A stretch of 64,000 nt of DNA from Planctomycetota bacterium (GTDB lineage: Bacteria; Planctomycetota; Brocadiia; SM23-32; JAKLEA01), in the NCBI GenBank assembly GCA_022711755.1, contig JAKLEA010000002.1:325214-389213 (forward strand), written 5' to 3'. Positions 19,703-30,206 of this stretch are shown in pieces. Under the pieces are notes generated by a model that was not told the origin of the DNA, ran no database searches, and was given only the letters and a program-made list of their open reading frames with translations. The stretch's first letter is position 1. Each line of letters begins with the position of its first letter. A program made the position numbers and the translations under genes.

Positions 19703-22700
19703 TTGGAGAGCGTGAAAGAGTTCCCACGATGGGTGAAGATCGCCATCGGAATTGCGCTTATGGCGCTGGCGGCGACGGGCGCATGGTTCTATCGCGAACA
19801 GGAAATGCAGGTGATGGGCCAGGTTGAGGGCGAGCTTCTCGCCATCGCCCGGCTCAAGGTAAATCAGATCAAGTCATGGCGGGCGGAGCGCCTCGGCGAC
19901 GCCGGCGCGCTGATGGACAGCCCGTTCCTGGCCGACGGTGTTGCGCGCTTTATTGCCGGGCCGCGGGGCGAACCGGAAAATCAACTCCGTTCCCGTTTCA
20001 AAAGTCTTCAGGCGCGATACAACTACAGCGACGTTATCCTGACAACCACGGATGGCAGCGTTCTTTTAAGCCTGAGCGGGCGGACAGAAAAGCTGCATTG
20101 CGCCGAACCGACTTTGACAGACGCTTTCCGCGACCATGCCCCGGCGCTGACCGAACTGCACACGGAAGATCATGATAAACAACCTCATATCGGAGTCGTG
20201 GCTCCCATCTTCTCCGGCGCAGGGCCGCAGCAGAAGCCGATCGGCGCGATCATCCTGATCTGCGACGCCCGCGAATTCCTTTATCCCCTCATCCAGTCCT
20301 GGCCGGTTCCGAGCGAGACGGCCGAAACGCTGCTCGTGCGCCGAGACGGGAATAACGTCCTGTTCCTGAACGACCTTCGCCATCAGAAGGATACCGCGCT
20401 CAAGCTCCGCATCCCCCTGACCCGGAAGGAAGTTCCTGCAGTGACAGCCGTTGAAGGCAGAACGGGGATCGTCTATGGAACGGATTATCGCGGCGTTTCC
20501 GTAGTGTCCGCAGTAATGCCGGTTCCCGGCTCATCCTGGTTCATCGTTGCCAAGATGGACTCCGCCGAGGCGTTCGCGGCGTGGCGTAATCGCTCCGTGC
20601 TGATCATGGCTCTGACACTGGCGGCGGCGATTTTAATCATAGCGTCCGCGCTCGTGGTCATGCAGAGGAACAGGAAGGCCTATTACCGCGCGCGCTACCG
20701 GGCGGAGGCCGCGCTACGGGCAGGCATGGAACGATACGGCGTAACGCTCAAGAGCATCGGCGACGCCGTCATAGCAACCGACAGGGATGGCAACGTGGAA
20801 CTGCTCAACAAGGTTGCCGAGGACCTGACGGGATGGAAGAGCGACGACGCGCAGGGCAAACCGCTTGACGAGGTCTTTCGCATTGTCAACGAGCAGACGC
20901 GGGCGACGGTTGAGAACCCGGTCGCGCGAGTGCTGCGTGAGGGCGTAACCGTCGGTCTGGCCAATCATACCGTTCTCATCGCCAGGGACGGAACGGAACG
21001 CGCCATCGCCGACAGCGGGGCGCCCATCCGCGACGAAAAAGGCGCAATCACCGGCGTAGTCCTCGTCTTCAGGGATCAGACTGCCGAGATGGAGGCTCAA
21101 GCGGCCATACAAAGGTCAATGGCGGCGTTACGGGAGAGCGAGGACCGCTACCGCGACCTGGTCGAGCACAGCCAGGACCTTATCTGCACACATGATCTGG
21201 ATGGCAATATTCTCTCAGCCAATCCGGCATCGGAGAAGATGCTGGGTTATCCGTCGGGCGCGTTCATAGGCATGAATCTTCGGGATTTCCTGGCTCCTGA
21301 AACCCGCCACCTGATTGAAACCTATTTTACCGAGATACGCGAGCGCGGGGCGTCCAGCGGGTTGCTGCTTGTCCAGACGAAGACGGGCGAACGCCGCATA
21401 TGGGAATACCGGAACACGCTCCGCTCTGAGGGAGTTCCCTTTCCGATCGTGCGCGGACTTGCCCACGACATAACCGAGCGCAGGAGGGCGCAGGAGGCGC
21501 GACGCCGGGAGGAGGAGAAATTCCGCGCGGTGTTTGACGAATCGCCGATCGGCAAATCCATGGTTCTTCCGGACGGATCGCTATCCCGAATCAACCGGGC
21601 CTTCGCTGAAATGCTGGGCTACACGGTGGATGAGATGACGGGCCTGAATTTCAGGGACATCACACACCCCGACGACCTTGCTGAATCCGAGGAGTGCGTT
21701 CGATCCATCATCAGCGGGGAGAAAAACGAGCAACAGTTCCAGAAACGTTACCTGCACAAGGACGGCCGCATTGTCTGGACTTTGGTGACTACAAAGTTAT
21801 TCCGGGACGAGCGCGGCAATCCGGTTTTCCTGCTTACAAGCATACTGGACATAACGGAGCGCCTCCGGGCGGCGGAGGAGATCAGGGCGCAGAGGGATTT
21901 TGCGCAAAACATCTTTGATACCGCTCAGACGATCATACTCGTTCTCGATACTGAGGGCAGAATAGTCAGTTTCAACTCTTACCTTGAAAGCATCTCCGGC
22001 TACCGCTTGGACGAAGTTCGCGGGCGGGACTGGTTCTCCACGTTCCTGCCCGAACGAGACCATGAGAACATACGCCGGTTGTTCAAGAATGCCATTGGCG
22101 ACATCCAGACACACGGCAACGTCAATCCGATTCTCACCAAGGACGGGCGACTGCTCGAAATCGAGTGGTATGACAAGACCCTCAAGGACTCCGCTGGACG
22201 AACGACCGGCATCTTATCTACCGGACAGGATGTCACCGAGCGCAAGCGGGCGGAGAAGATAACCCAGATCCGCCTTGACCTTTTCGAATATGCCGCTACC
22301 CATTCCCTTGAGGATTTGCTCCGCAAGACGCTGGACGAGGTCTGCGAGATGACCGGCAGCCCCATCGGCTTCTATCACTTCATGGAGCCGGATCAGAAGA
22401 CGCTCTCGCTTCAGGCGTGGTCAACCCGCACGACCAGCGAGTTCTGCACGGCCGAAGGCAGGGGGGCGCATTACGACCTTGACAAGGCCGGGGTCTGGGT
22501 GGATTGCGTGCGCGAGCGCCGCCCGGTGATACACAACGATTACGCATCCCTGCCGCATCGCCGGGGACTTCCGAAGGGGCACGCGGCAATCACGCGCGAG
22601 CTGGTTGTTCCGATCATGCGACTTGGGAAGATAGTGGCGATTCTCGGGGTTGGGAACAAGGCAAGGGATTACGATGAGAAGGACATGGAGCTTGTTTCCT

Positions 22701-24691
22701 ACCTGGCGGACGTGGCGTGGGAGAGCGCGGAGCGCAAGCGGACAGAGGAGGCGTTGCTGGAAACGCAGAGCCTGCTGAACGACGTCGGCAGGATCGCGAA
22801 AATCGGCGGGTGGAAAATGGACTTGACCACGCGCAAGGCCACTTGGACAAAGGATACCTACGACATCGTTGAGATCGAGCCTGGACAGCCCATCCCGGGT
22901 CCGGATGAACACGTGCAATATTATCTTCCGGAATATCGCCCGATAGTCGCCGAAGCAATGCGGGCGCTGATCGAAGAAGACAAACCGCTGGATTTCGACG
23001 CCAAATTGCTTACCGCCCGGGGCAATGTCAAGTGGTGCCGGGCAATAGGGAGAGCCATCCGCAAGGACGGAAAAGCCGTCGAGGTCTACGGCACGTTCCA
23101 GGACATAACGGAACGCAAACGCGCGGAAGAGGCAATGCAGGTCCAGAGCGAAATCGTCGCGAACATGGCTGAAGGCGTTCATCTTGTGCGCCTTGACGAC
23201 GGCGTGATTGTATACGCAAATCCGCGTCTTGAAGAAATGTTCGGATACGAGACTGGAGAAATGCTCGGCAAGCACATCTCAATTGTCAACGCGCCGGGAG
23301 AGAAGACTCCGGAAGAGACTTACAGGATAGTAACGAAGATGCTTCAGGAAACCGGACATATGCAAGTCGAGGTCAGGAACATAAGGAAGGACGGCTCTAC
23401 ATTCTGGTGCTACGCCAATGCTGTTGTTTTTGACCATCCGACGCACGGGCGAGTGGCGTTGTCCGTGCATACGGACATCACGGAGCGCAAACTGGCCGAG
23501 GAGGAGAAGGAAAAACTTCAGGCTCAGCTTCTCCAGTCCCAGAAGATGGAGTCTGTCGGCCGTCTTGCCGGCGGCGTGGCGCACGACTTCAACAACCTGC
23601 TCACGGTCATCCTGGGCCGCGCCCAACTGGCCCTTGCCAGGATGGACCACGCAAGCCCCATGCGCCCCGGCCTTCTGGAAATATATTCCACGGCCCAGCG
23701 CGCCGCCGATCTAACCCGCCAGTTGCTGGCCTTCGCCCGCAAGCAGACCATCGTGCCGAAGGTTCTGGACCTCAATGAAACCGTCGAGGGGATGCTGAAG
23801 ATACTGCGCCGCCTCATCGGTGAGGACATTGACCTTGTCTGGGCGCCGGGAAGGGACCTCTGGCAAGTGAAGATGGACCCGGCGCAGATTGACCAGATGC
23901 TGGCCAATCTGTCCGTGAACGCCCGCGACGCCATTGCCGGCGTGGGCCGGATCGCAATTACCACGGCTAATGAGACTCTTGACACGGAGTATTGCGCCGC
24001 GCATACCGGCGCCCGTCCGGGCCAATACGTGATGCTGACTGTCAGCGACAGCGGCTGCGGAATGGACGAGGGCGTCATGACGCACCTGTTCGAGCCATTC
24101 TTCACCACAAAGGGCGTGGGGCAGGGAACCGGTCTCGGCCTGGTGACGGTCTACGGCATAGTCAAGCAGAATGAAGGCTACATCGCGGTGGACAGCGCGC
24201 CGGGCATGGGTTCGACCTTCAGAATCTACCTTCCGCGCTACGTTGGGGAGGAAGCGTCCGCTGCGGCAACCGAGCCGGCTTCCGAAGCCGAACCGATCAA
24301 GGGCGGCGGGGAGACCGTCCTGGTGGTCGAGGACGACGCCGTCATACTCGGCCTCTGCCGGGAGGTGCTGGAGCCGCTTGGCTATGCCGTGATAGCGGCC
24401 GATTCGCCTCAGAAGGCCATCCGCATGGCGCAGGCATACAAGGGGGAGATACAGCTTCTCATAACGGACGTTGTCATGCCGGGCATGACGGGTCGGGCGT
24501 TGGCCGAGCGGTTGATGGTCGGGCGGCCCAATCTCAAGCGGATCTTCATGTCCGGATACACTGCCGATGTGATAGCCCATCGCGGCGTGCTGGACCCCGG
24601 CGTGAATTTTATTGAGAAACCGTTCTCAATTGACGACCTTGCGGCCAGGGTTCGGGAGGTTCTGGAGGGCGGGGAGTCGCCGGAATGCTGA
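19703..24691 (+). CDS. Hybrid sensor histidine kinase (TM, periplasmic Cache-like region, multiple PAS, GAF, HisKA, HATPase_c, C-terminal receiver)
   Basis: HisKA GGVAHDFNNLLTVILG. HATPase GLGLVTVYGIVKQNEGYIAVDS...STFRIYLP. C-terminal VLVVEDD...receiver. Likely true start GTG 19712 (RBS GAGGAGG). Confidence 0.85.
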   Translation: MESVKEFPRWVKIAIGIALMALAATGAWFYREQEMQVMGQVEGELLAIARLKVNQIKSWRAERLGDAGALMDSPFLADGVARFIAGPRGEPENQLRSRFKSLQARYNYSDVILTTTDGSVLLSLSGRTEKLHCAEPTLTDAFRDHAPALTELHTEDHDKQPHIGVVAPIFSGAGPQQKPIGAIILICDAREFLYPLIQSWPVPSETAETLLVRRDGNNVLFLNDLRHQKDTALKLRIPLTRKEVPAVTAVEGRTGIVYGTDYRGVSVVSAVMPVPGSSWFIVAKMDSAEAFAAWRNRSVLIMALTLAAAILIIASALVVMQRNRKAYYRARYRAEAALRAGMERYGVTLKSIGDAVIATDRDGNVELLNKVAEDLTGWKSDDAQGKPLDEVFRIVNEQTRATVENPVARVLREGVTVGLANHTVLIARDGTERAIADSGAPIRDEKGAITGVVLVFRDQTAEMEAQAAIQRSMAALRESEDRYRDLVEHSQDLICTHDLDGNILSANPASEKMLGYPSGAFIGMNLRDFLAPETRHLIETYFTEIRERGASSGLLLVQTKTGERRIWEYRNTLRSEGVPFPIVRGLAHDITERRRAQEARRREEEKFRAVFDESPIGKSMVLPDGSLSRINRAFAEMLGYTVDEMTGLNFRDITHPDDLAESEECVRSIISGEKNEQQFQKRYLHKDGRIVWTLVTTKLFRDERGNPVFLLTSILDITERLRAAEEIRAQRDFAQNIFDTAQTIILVLDTEGRIVSFNSYLESISGYRLDEVRGRDWFSTFLPERDHENIRRLFKNAIGDIQTHGNVNPILTKDGRLLEIEWYDKTLKDSAGRTTGILSTGQDVTERKRAEKITQIRLDLFEYAATHSLEDLLRKTLDEVCEMTGSPIGFYHFMEPDQKTLSLQAWSTRTTSEFCTAEGRGAHYDLDKAGVWVDCVRERRPVIHNDYASLPHRRGLPKGHAAITRELVVPIMRLGKIVAILGVGNKARDYDEKDMELVSYLADVAWESAERKRTEEALLETQSLLNDVGRIAKIGGWKMDLTTRKATWTKDTYDIVEIEPGQPIPGPDEHVQYYLPEYRPIVAEAMRALIEEDKPLDFDAKLLTARGNVKWCRAIGRAIRKDGKAVEVYGTFQDITERKRAEEAMQVQSEIVANMAEGVHLVRLDDGVIVYANPRLEEMFGYETGEMLGKHISIVNAPGEKTPEETYRIVTKMLQETGHMQVEVRNIRKDGSTFWCYANAVVFDHPTHGRVALSVHTDITERKLAEEEKEKLQAQLLQSQKMESVGRLAGGVAHDFNNLLTVILGRAQLALARMDHASPMRPGLLEIYSTAQRAADLTRQLLAFARKQTIVPKVLDLNETVEGMLKILRRLIGEDIDLVWAPGRDLWQVKMDPAQIDQMLANLSVNARDAIAGVGRIAITTANETLDTEYCAAHTGARPGQYVMLTVSDSGCGMDEGVMTHLFEPFFTTKGVGQGTGLGLVTVYGIVKQNEGYIAVDSAPGMGSTFRIYLPRYVGEEASAAATEPASEAEPIKGGGETVLVVEDDAVILGLCREVLEPLGYAVIAADSPQKAIRMAQAYKGEIQLLITDVVMPGMTGRALAERLMVGRPNLKRIFMSGYTADVIAHRGVLDPGVNFIEKPFSIDDLAARVREVLEGGESPEC

Positions 24692-24986
24692 AACATGACG
24701 CCATATCGGGACGAGACGTTTCTCCCGATGCGCCAATTTATCCGGGGGACTGAATCACGCGCCTGCGACGACGGCGCTTCCCGATGCCCCCCCCCCTTCC
24801 GCCTCTATCGAGGCGACCTCCCCCCGCCGCGCGAAGAAACCCGCCGGGATTCTGAGACGTTGCAACGGCGGGGGGAGGATGTCGCGCAAGTGACAGGAAG
24901 GGGGCTTTCTCTTAGTGTGACGGTCGGAGGGCTTGTCTGTTGCTTGATTTCTGGGATGAACATACCCGTCTGCGTTGACGCGCCCG

Positions 24987-26501
24987 TTATTCCCCCCGAA
25001 TTGCGAAGTCGAATACCTTCGTTCCGGCCAGCGTCACCCGGCGCAGTTCGTCCGCACTCTTGATCCGCATCAGCCAGCGCAGCATGTAGCTTGGGCGCAG
25101 GTAGAATTTCCGATAGGCCCGCTTGACTGCGTCGGACAACTGCGGGCCGTCCAGATCGCAGAAGTGCTGGTTGAAGAAGCCCTGCGTATGCAGGCGGGAA
25201 AGGTCGCATTCGCTGGCGTCGCCGATTTCCGGATGAGTCGCGGCAAGCTCGTCATAGATGTCTGTTCCGGCGTAGGGCGTGGTTATCCCGAAGGTGACGA
25301 TGGTGGGGTCAATCTCGATGGCAAAGCGGATTGATTGCTCGATGGTTTCGGCGGTTTCCCCCGGCATCCCGATCATCATGTGCGCGTGGGTGTCAAGGCC
25401 GACCTCGTGAATCCAGCGGAAGGTTTCGCGGGTCTCCTCCAGCGTGATGCCCTTCTTGACCTTGTCCAGAACGGCCTGCGAGCCGCTCTCGACCCCGAAG
25501 CGGATCATGTGGCATCCGGCCTTTTTCATGGCGATCATGCTTTCCCTGTCCACGGAGCCGACGCGCGCGCTGCATATCCAGGTCAGGTCCATGCCCGCCG
25601 AAAGGATCATGTCGCACAGTTCCATCGTGCGGGATTTCTTGACGGGGAAGAATTCGTCGCGGAAGAAGACTTCGCGATAGCCCATCCCGGTGATTTCCTT
25701 GAGTTCCTCGAATATGTTTGCGGCGGAGCGATATCGGATCTTGCGTCCGTAGAAACGGGGCGAGGAGCAGTAGACGCACAGGCCGGGGCAGCCGCGCGTG
25801 GTGTAGCTGGTCGTGAAGGGCACGCGCTTGACGATGGGATTGAAGTAGTCAACGCCCTTCGGCAGCAGCTTCCGATCCGCGAAGGGCATCCCGTCAAGGT
25901 TCTGGATGAGGGGATAGGCCGGGTTGTCAACAACCTGACCGTCGCGGCGGAACGATATGCCGGGGATGCTCTGCCATGAGTCGTCGCCTTTGAGCATTGC
26001 GCGGGCGAGATCGCGGACGATGTAATCGAATTCGCCACGGGCGGCTATGTCTATGCCAGGCTTGGCCAGCGTGTGCTTCGGAAGGAAGGTTGGATGAGAG
26101 CCGAAGACGACGGTCTTCAGACCGGGATTGCCAGCCTTGAGCGCGTTGAGGAACTCCGCGTCCTCGTTGACGGTCATTGTGGAGGTGAGCATTCCGACCA
26201 GGGAGTAGTCAGCGGCCCGGCGCGTCACGTCCTGCACGGTCAGCCCCTCGGCTGCGGCGTCAAGGAAGTCGGCCTGACCGCCGTCGGCGCGGATGATGGT
26301 GGCGACCATTACGCTGGTGAGGGGCGGGAACTGGATGCCGGCGATGCGCTTGCCCTTGCACCAGCAACCGTAGACGAGGTCGCGGGGGACGTTTTTCGTG
26401 AACTTGCTTGGCGGAACCAGTATCAGAGCGCGAATGAGCAATGCCTCCGGAAAGGGACGGCGGGCAAGGCCGGAACCGGGCGGAAGACCGCACAAGCGCA
26501 T
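24987..26501 (-). CDS. B12-binding domain-containing radical SAM protein
   Basis: N-terminal B12-binding-like region, then radical SAM CPGLCVYC (CxxxCxxC). Confidence 0.75.
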   Translation of the reverse strand: MRLCGLPPGSGLARRPFPEALLIRALILVPPSKFTKNVPRDLVYGCWCKGKRIAGIQFPPLTSVMVATIIRADGGQADFLDAAAEGLTVQDVTRRAADYSLVGMLTSTMTVNEDAEFLNALKAGNPGLKTVVFGSHPTFLPKHTLAKPGIDIAARGEFDYIVRDLARAMLKGDDSWQSIPGISFRRDGQVVDNPAYPLIQNLDGMPFADRKLLPKGVDYFNPIVKRVPFTTSYTTRGCPGLCVYCSSPRFYGRKIRYRSAANIFEELKEITGMGYREVFFRDEFFPVKKSRTMELCDMILSAGMDLTWICSARVGSVDRESMIAMKKAGCHMIRFGVESGSQAVLDKVKKGITLEETRETFRWIHEVGLDTHAHMMIGMPGETAETIEQSIRFAIEIDPTIVTFGITTPYAGTDIYDELAATHPEIGDASECDLSRLHTQGFFNQHFCDLDGPQLSDAVKRAYRKFYLRPSYMLRWLMRIKSADELRRVTLAGTKVFDFAIRGE

Positions 26502-26613
26502 CCGATGCCTTGCCGGACATCACGATAAACGCCCACCGGGGCAAAGTCAACGCGGGGCGGGGCGCAATACGGCCGGTTCGATGCCGCCATGTTCCATTGT
26601 ATGTGACATGGAC

Positions 26614-26649
26614 GCCGCTCTTTGCGCCGCTCTTTGCGCTGCTTCTTGC
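26614..26649. repeat. Tandem direct repeats, three 12-bp units (GCCGCTCTTTGC x2, GCTGCTTCTTGC)
   Basis: Lies in the divergent intergenic region between the radical SAM gene (-) and the YfhO-like gene (+). Confidence 0.6.
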
Positions 26650-26721
26650 GGGTTTCAAGCCCTGCGTGATACACTCCGGCGCAGGAGCATTGCGACGCCG
26701 ACGCATTTTGGAAACCATTAA

Positions 26722-28986
26722 ATGGAAGACAGGGCTGAGACATTGCGGGGAAAACATGGCCGTCTTACCTGGCGCGGCGCATTCCGCCTCGCGGCGCTTC
26801 TTCCCCTTGCCCTCGTTCTTGAGCGCGCGCTTGAACCGGGCACGATACCGTTCGGCCATCCCAGTCAGCCTTACTATACAGACATGGTGGCGTTCCACGT
26901 CCCGCTCAGGGCTTTCTATGCCGAGCGGCTGGGGGAAGGGGAATTTCCTTTATGGCTGCCGCAACTCTTCTGTGGATGGGACATGGCGGGAGAGGGTCAG
27001 ATCGGGGCTTTTCACCCCCTGCACATTGTCACACACGGACTGCTGGGCTGGCAGTGGGGGATGAAGATTGACGTCGCGTTCGCATACGCCCTCTGTTTCG
27101 CGGGCATGTTCTTATTCCTGCGCGGCTTCATCGGCGCGGAGGGCAGCCTGCTCGGCGCGACGGCTTTCACGTTCGGGGGGAGCTTTGCGTGGCGCGTCAT
27201 TCACCTGAACATGTTCCTGACGCTCGCGCACATGCCGATAGGAATGTGGTGCGTGTGCGGCATAGCCCGGGGTGATCGAGCCGCTTTGCGCGCGGCTCTT
27301 CTGGGCTTGACGCTGGGAAGTCAGATTCTTTTCGGTTTCCCTCAGGCGGTCTGGTTCTCGGTTCTCTGCTGGGCGGGGTTGACGCTTGCGCTGGGCGGCA
27401 TGAGGCTTCGCCCGTGGGGATGGTTGACTGCCGGGATCGCGCTGGGCGGACTGATCGGGGCGGTCCAGCTCTCTGCAAGCTTTGTTTATTTTCTCCACAG
27501 CGACAGGGGGACGCGCCCCGCCGCGTTTCTCCTGTCCTACTGGCTGCATCCCCTGAGGCTGACCTCGCTCCTGTATCCGCTTGGGTTTTATCCGGGATTC
27601 GATTGCGCCCGCGTCTCGGAATCCGGAGCGTATGAGCCGAATCCGGCGGAATACGGAATCTTCGTGGGGACGTCGGTTCTCCTGCTTGCGATTGCCGGGA
27701 TGATGAACGGGAAGCGGGAGGACAGGTTGTGGAGATTCGCGGTCGGCGTCATCGTGTTTGGATTGCTGATGGGTTTGGGGCGGTGGTTCCCGCCATACAG
27801 GTTGATGCTTCATGTTCCGATTATCGGCAAGTTCCGCGCGCCGGTCAGATATTCCGTATTCATTTCGCTGGGATTGTGCATTCTGGCCGCCTGCGCGATA
27901 GGTCGGGCAGGGAAGGACGGATTACGCGGCGGCAGGCTCGGTTTGCTGCCTGCCTCATTCGTCGCCTTGAGTCTGGCGTCTCTGCTTGCGCTGGCCGTGT
28001 TCCTGAACGCGGCGGGCGGCGGCGTTCGCGGCAGCCTGACGGATTTCCACGGGTGGATGGTCTGGCAGTTGCCATTCCCGGCGCTAGCGTTTATCTCGGC
28101 CTGCCTGTTTCACATGCTGCATTCGGAGACCGGCGGACGCAGGGCGATGCTCGGAATCATGGTTGTCTCTTCCCTGGAACTCTCGTATTTGGCAATTGCC
28201 TTCCCGGGCGGTCGCTCGATAACGCGCGAAGGTTTCCAGAAAGTGATTGAAGCGGGGCCGGAGCTTCATGCCGGCAGGCCTCCTTTCAGGTTGGCATGCG
28301 GCGCGGAGGCCAACACGTTGCTGCTCAAAGGAGTCTGGCTTACGGGTGGCTACGCGGGCGCGTTTCCGGAAAGACCGCCTTACGATCCGCGCTCGGAATT
28401 CGGAATGCGAATATCGTCTGCCGACGCTTCTCTCGACTTCGACAAGGAGTCGGGCGATGTGATATTCCAACAAATCAATGACCCGATTCCGCGGGCATAT
28501 GTCCTGCCTGTTGAAGCCGTAACTTCTTCAGGTCCCTGGCGACGGAATCATCCATCGCCGATACCCCTGATAGATCCGCGCCGTCAGGCGATTGTCTTCA
28601 AAGAAGGCCCGTCGGATACTGCAATCGCTCCGCCCGCCTCCGGCGCGGACCTTGGGGATTCAAAAATCATCGAAGACCGCTGCCATCTCGTCCGCGTCCG
28701 CGTCAATGCGAAGAAACCGTCATGTCTGATTCTCAACGACAGGTTTTATCCGGGATGGCGCGCCACGGTTGGCGGGCGAGACACGGAAATCCTAAGGGCT
28801 AACGGCATATTCCGCGCCGTGGTTGTCCCGGAAGGCGAGAGCGAGGTTGTCTTCACTTACAGCCCGCGCTGGATTATCTGGGGCGCAGTTATCAGCGCGT
28901 GCGGGCTTGTTATTTCACTGGCGCTGGCCGCATTGTCTTTGACTATGGGGGCGCATCGCGTTCGGTCTCATACCTTGAATCTGTAG
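26722..28986 (+). CDS. YfhO-family polytopic membrane protein (GT-C-type glycosyltransferase-like)
   Basis: 754 aa with more than 12 predicted TM helices. N-terminal region resembles YfhO (PFGHPSQPYYTDMVAFHVPLRAF...FPLWLPQLFCGWDMAGEGQ). Confidence 0.5.
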   Translation: MEDRAETLRGKHGRLTWRGAFRLAALLPLALVLERALEPGTIPFGHPSQPYYTDMVAFHVPLRAFYAERLGEGEFPLWLPQLFCGWDMAGEGQIGAFHPLHIVTHGLLGWQWGMKIDVAFAYALCFAGMFLFLRGFIGAEGSLLGATAFTFGGSFAWRVIHLNMFLTLAHMPIGMWCVCGIARGDRAALRAALLGLTLGSQILFGFPQAVWFSVLCWAGLTLALGGMRLRPWGWLTAGIALGGLIGAVQLSASFVYFLHSDRGTRPAAFLLSYWLHPLRLTSLLYPLGFYPGFDCARVSESGAYEPNPAEYGIFVGTSVLLLAIAGMMNGKREDRLWRFAVGVIVFGLLMGLGRWFPPYRLMLHVPIIGKFRAPVRYSVFISLGLCILAACAIGRAGKDGLRGGRLGLLPASFVALSLASLLALAVFLNAAGGGVRGSLTDFHGWMVWQLPFPALAFISACLFHMLHSETGGRRAMLGIMVVSSLELSYLAIAFPGGRSITREGFQKVIEAGPELHAGRPPFRLACGAEANTLLLKGVWLTGGYAGAFPERPPYDPRSEFGMRISSADASLDFDKESGDVIFQQINDPIPRAYVLPVEAVTSSGPWRRNHPSPIPLIDPRRQAIVFKEGPSDTAIAPPASGADLGDSKIIEDRCHLVRVRVNAKKPSCLILNDRFYPGWRATVGGRDTEILRANGIFRAVVVPEGESEVVFTYSPRWIIWGAVISACGLVISLALAALSLTMGAHRVRSHTLNL

Positions 28987-30107
28987 AGCGGCAAGGCTTG
29001 CGGCGGAATATCCCGGAAGCGACGAATCACGTGAAACGTCAGATGATTTGCGTCGTGGAAATTATGCGCGCCGTTCCACGCCGTCCGGCACGCGACTATG
29101 ATGTCCTCTCCGTCGAACTGCCAGTCAACGTACTGGAATCCATTCGATTGCGGATCGAGCGATTCGTCTCCGACAACGCGGCGCTGGAAATCCCACGACA
29201 GGAGATCAGTTGAGGAGAACAGGCTGAGTAGTTGGCGCCTGACCTTCCTGAGCGGATCAACTGTCCCGTTTGCGAGAGTCCAGTATCGGTTAGATTCGGG
29301 ATCGCGGCGGATGGTGAATTTGGTATGTCCCCCTGGGAAAGGTATGAACGGATGATCGGGATGCAATGACAAATGCCGGCCATCCTCGGAGATTCGTAGG
29401 ATTGCGCCCCAGTCGCCGATGCCGGAATTGACGCGAAGGACGTTCCAAAGCTCGCCGCATGGCGCGCAGACCACGTTGCCCTCCAGCCAGCCCTCGCCCT
29501 GCTTTGGGTCCTTGAGTTCAGGGGGATCGGCGTCGGGGACATAGGGCAGCTTGTTCGTCATGATCCACGAATCCGCGCGCAGAAGATCGCTGTCTTCGCC
29601 TGCGCTGATGACGCAGGCCTGGAATCCCTGGGGCCAATGGCGGGGGGTGTTGTCCTCGAAGGCCCGCCATATCCGACCGCTGTGGAAGAGGACAGGAACC
29701 GGGGCGCAGTGATAATTCGGCGACTCGCCTCCCGGCCCGCCGGCAAAAAGCAGTCCGGAGGATGAATCGGCGGGCTGCGTCCAGGTCGCGCCATCATCGG
29801 TCGAGCGACGGATGACGATGTGGCCGTATTCGGCTGAGACGCCAAGAATCCAGACTGCGCCTTGATGGAGGAAGAGGCCGGACCACCATTGCCCGGTCAT
29901 GCCGGCCACGCGATGCCACGTTGCGCCGTCATCCCCGGAGCGATAGACAAACGTTCTGTCTGGCATTCCATGCTCGTTGCGGGGCGCTGCGGGGCCGAAG
30001 TGGTCGTGCGAGATCAGGATGCTTCCGGACGGCAGGCGCAGGATGCTCGGGCTGCCCATGTATATGCGCGATTCAGCGGGGCTGAAGGCCACAGTGTTCA
30101 GATTCAT
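28968..30107 (-). CDS. BNR/Asp-box repeat glycoside hydrolase (sialidase-like)
   Basis: Asp-box motifs SGDDGATW and STDDGATW in a beta-propeller-sized protein. Confidence 0.7.
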   Translation of the reverse strand: MNLNTVAFSPAESRIYMGSPSILRLPSGSILISHDHFGPAAPRNEHGMPDRTFVYRSGDDGATWHRVAGMTGQWWSGLFLHQGAVWILGVSAEYGHIVIRRSTDDGATWTQPADSSSGLLFAGGPGGESPNYHCAPVPVLFHSGRIWRAFEDNTPRHWPQGFQACVISAGEDSDLLRADSWIMTNKLPYVPDADPPELKDPKQGEGWLEGNVVCAPCGELWNVLRVNSGIGDWGAILRISEDGRHLSLHPDHPFIPFPGGHTKFTIRRDPESNRYWTLANGTVDPLRKVRRQLLSLFSSTDLLSWDFQRRVVGDESLDPQSNGFQYVDWQFDGEDIIVACRTAWNGAHNFHDANHLTFHVIRRFRDIPPQALPLYRFKV

Positions 30108-30206
30108 GGAATGCTCTCCACAGTTGAAAGGTTACAAGCGCGACGAGTCTGAGAGTTGATTAATGTTGCAGACAACCATGCAGCGCGCCGGCATTTGCAT
30201 ATCGGC

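Noticed and set aside
24787-24880. Possible bidirectional terminator between the convergent 1662-aa kinase and radical SAM genes (CCCGCCG...CGGCGGG with poly-C)
   Set aside because: The stem arms are separated by a 19-nt loop and no U/T tract follows on either strand. Not a convincing intrinsic terminator.
26660-26700. Sigma54-like GG...TTGCG match (cGGCGCAGgagcaTTGCG) upstream of the YfhO-like gene
   Set aside because: The spacing between the GG and GC elements is 2 nt too long relative to the -24/-12 consensus.
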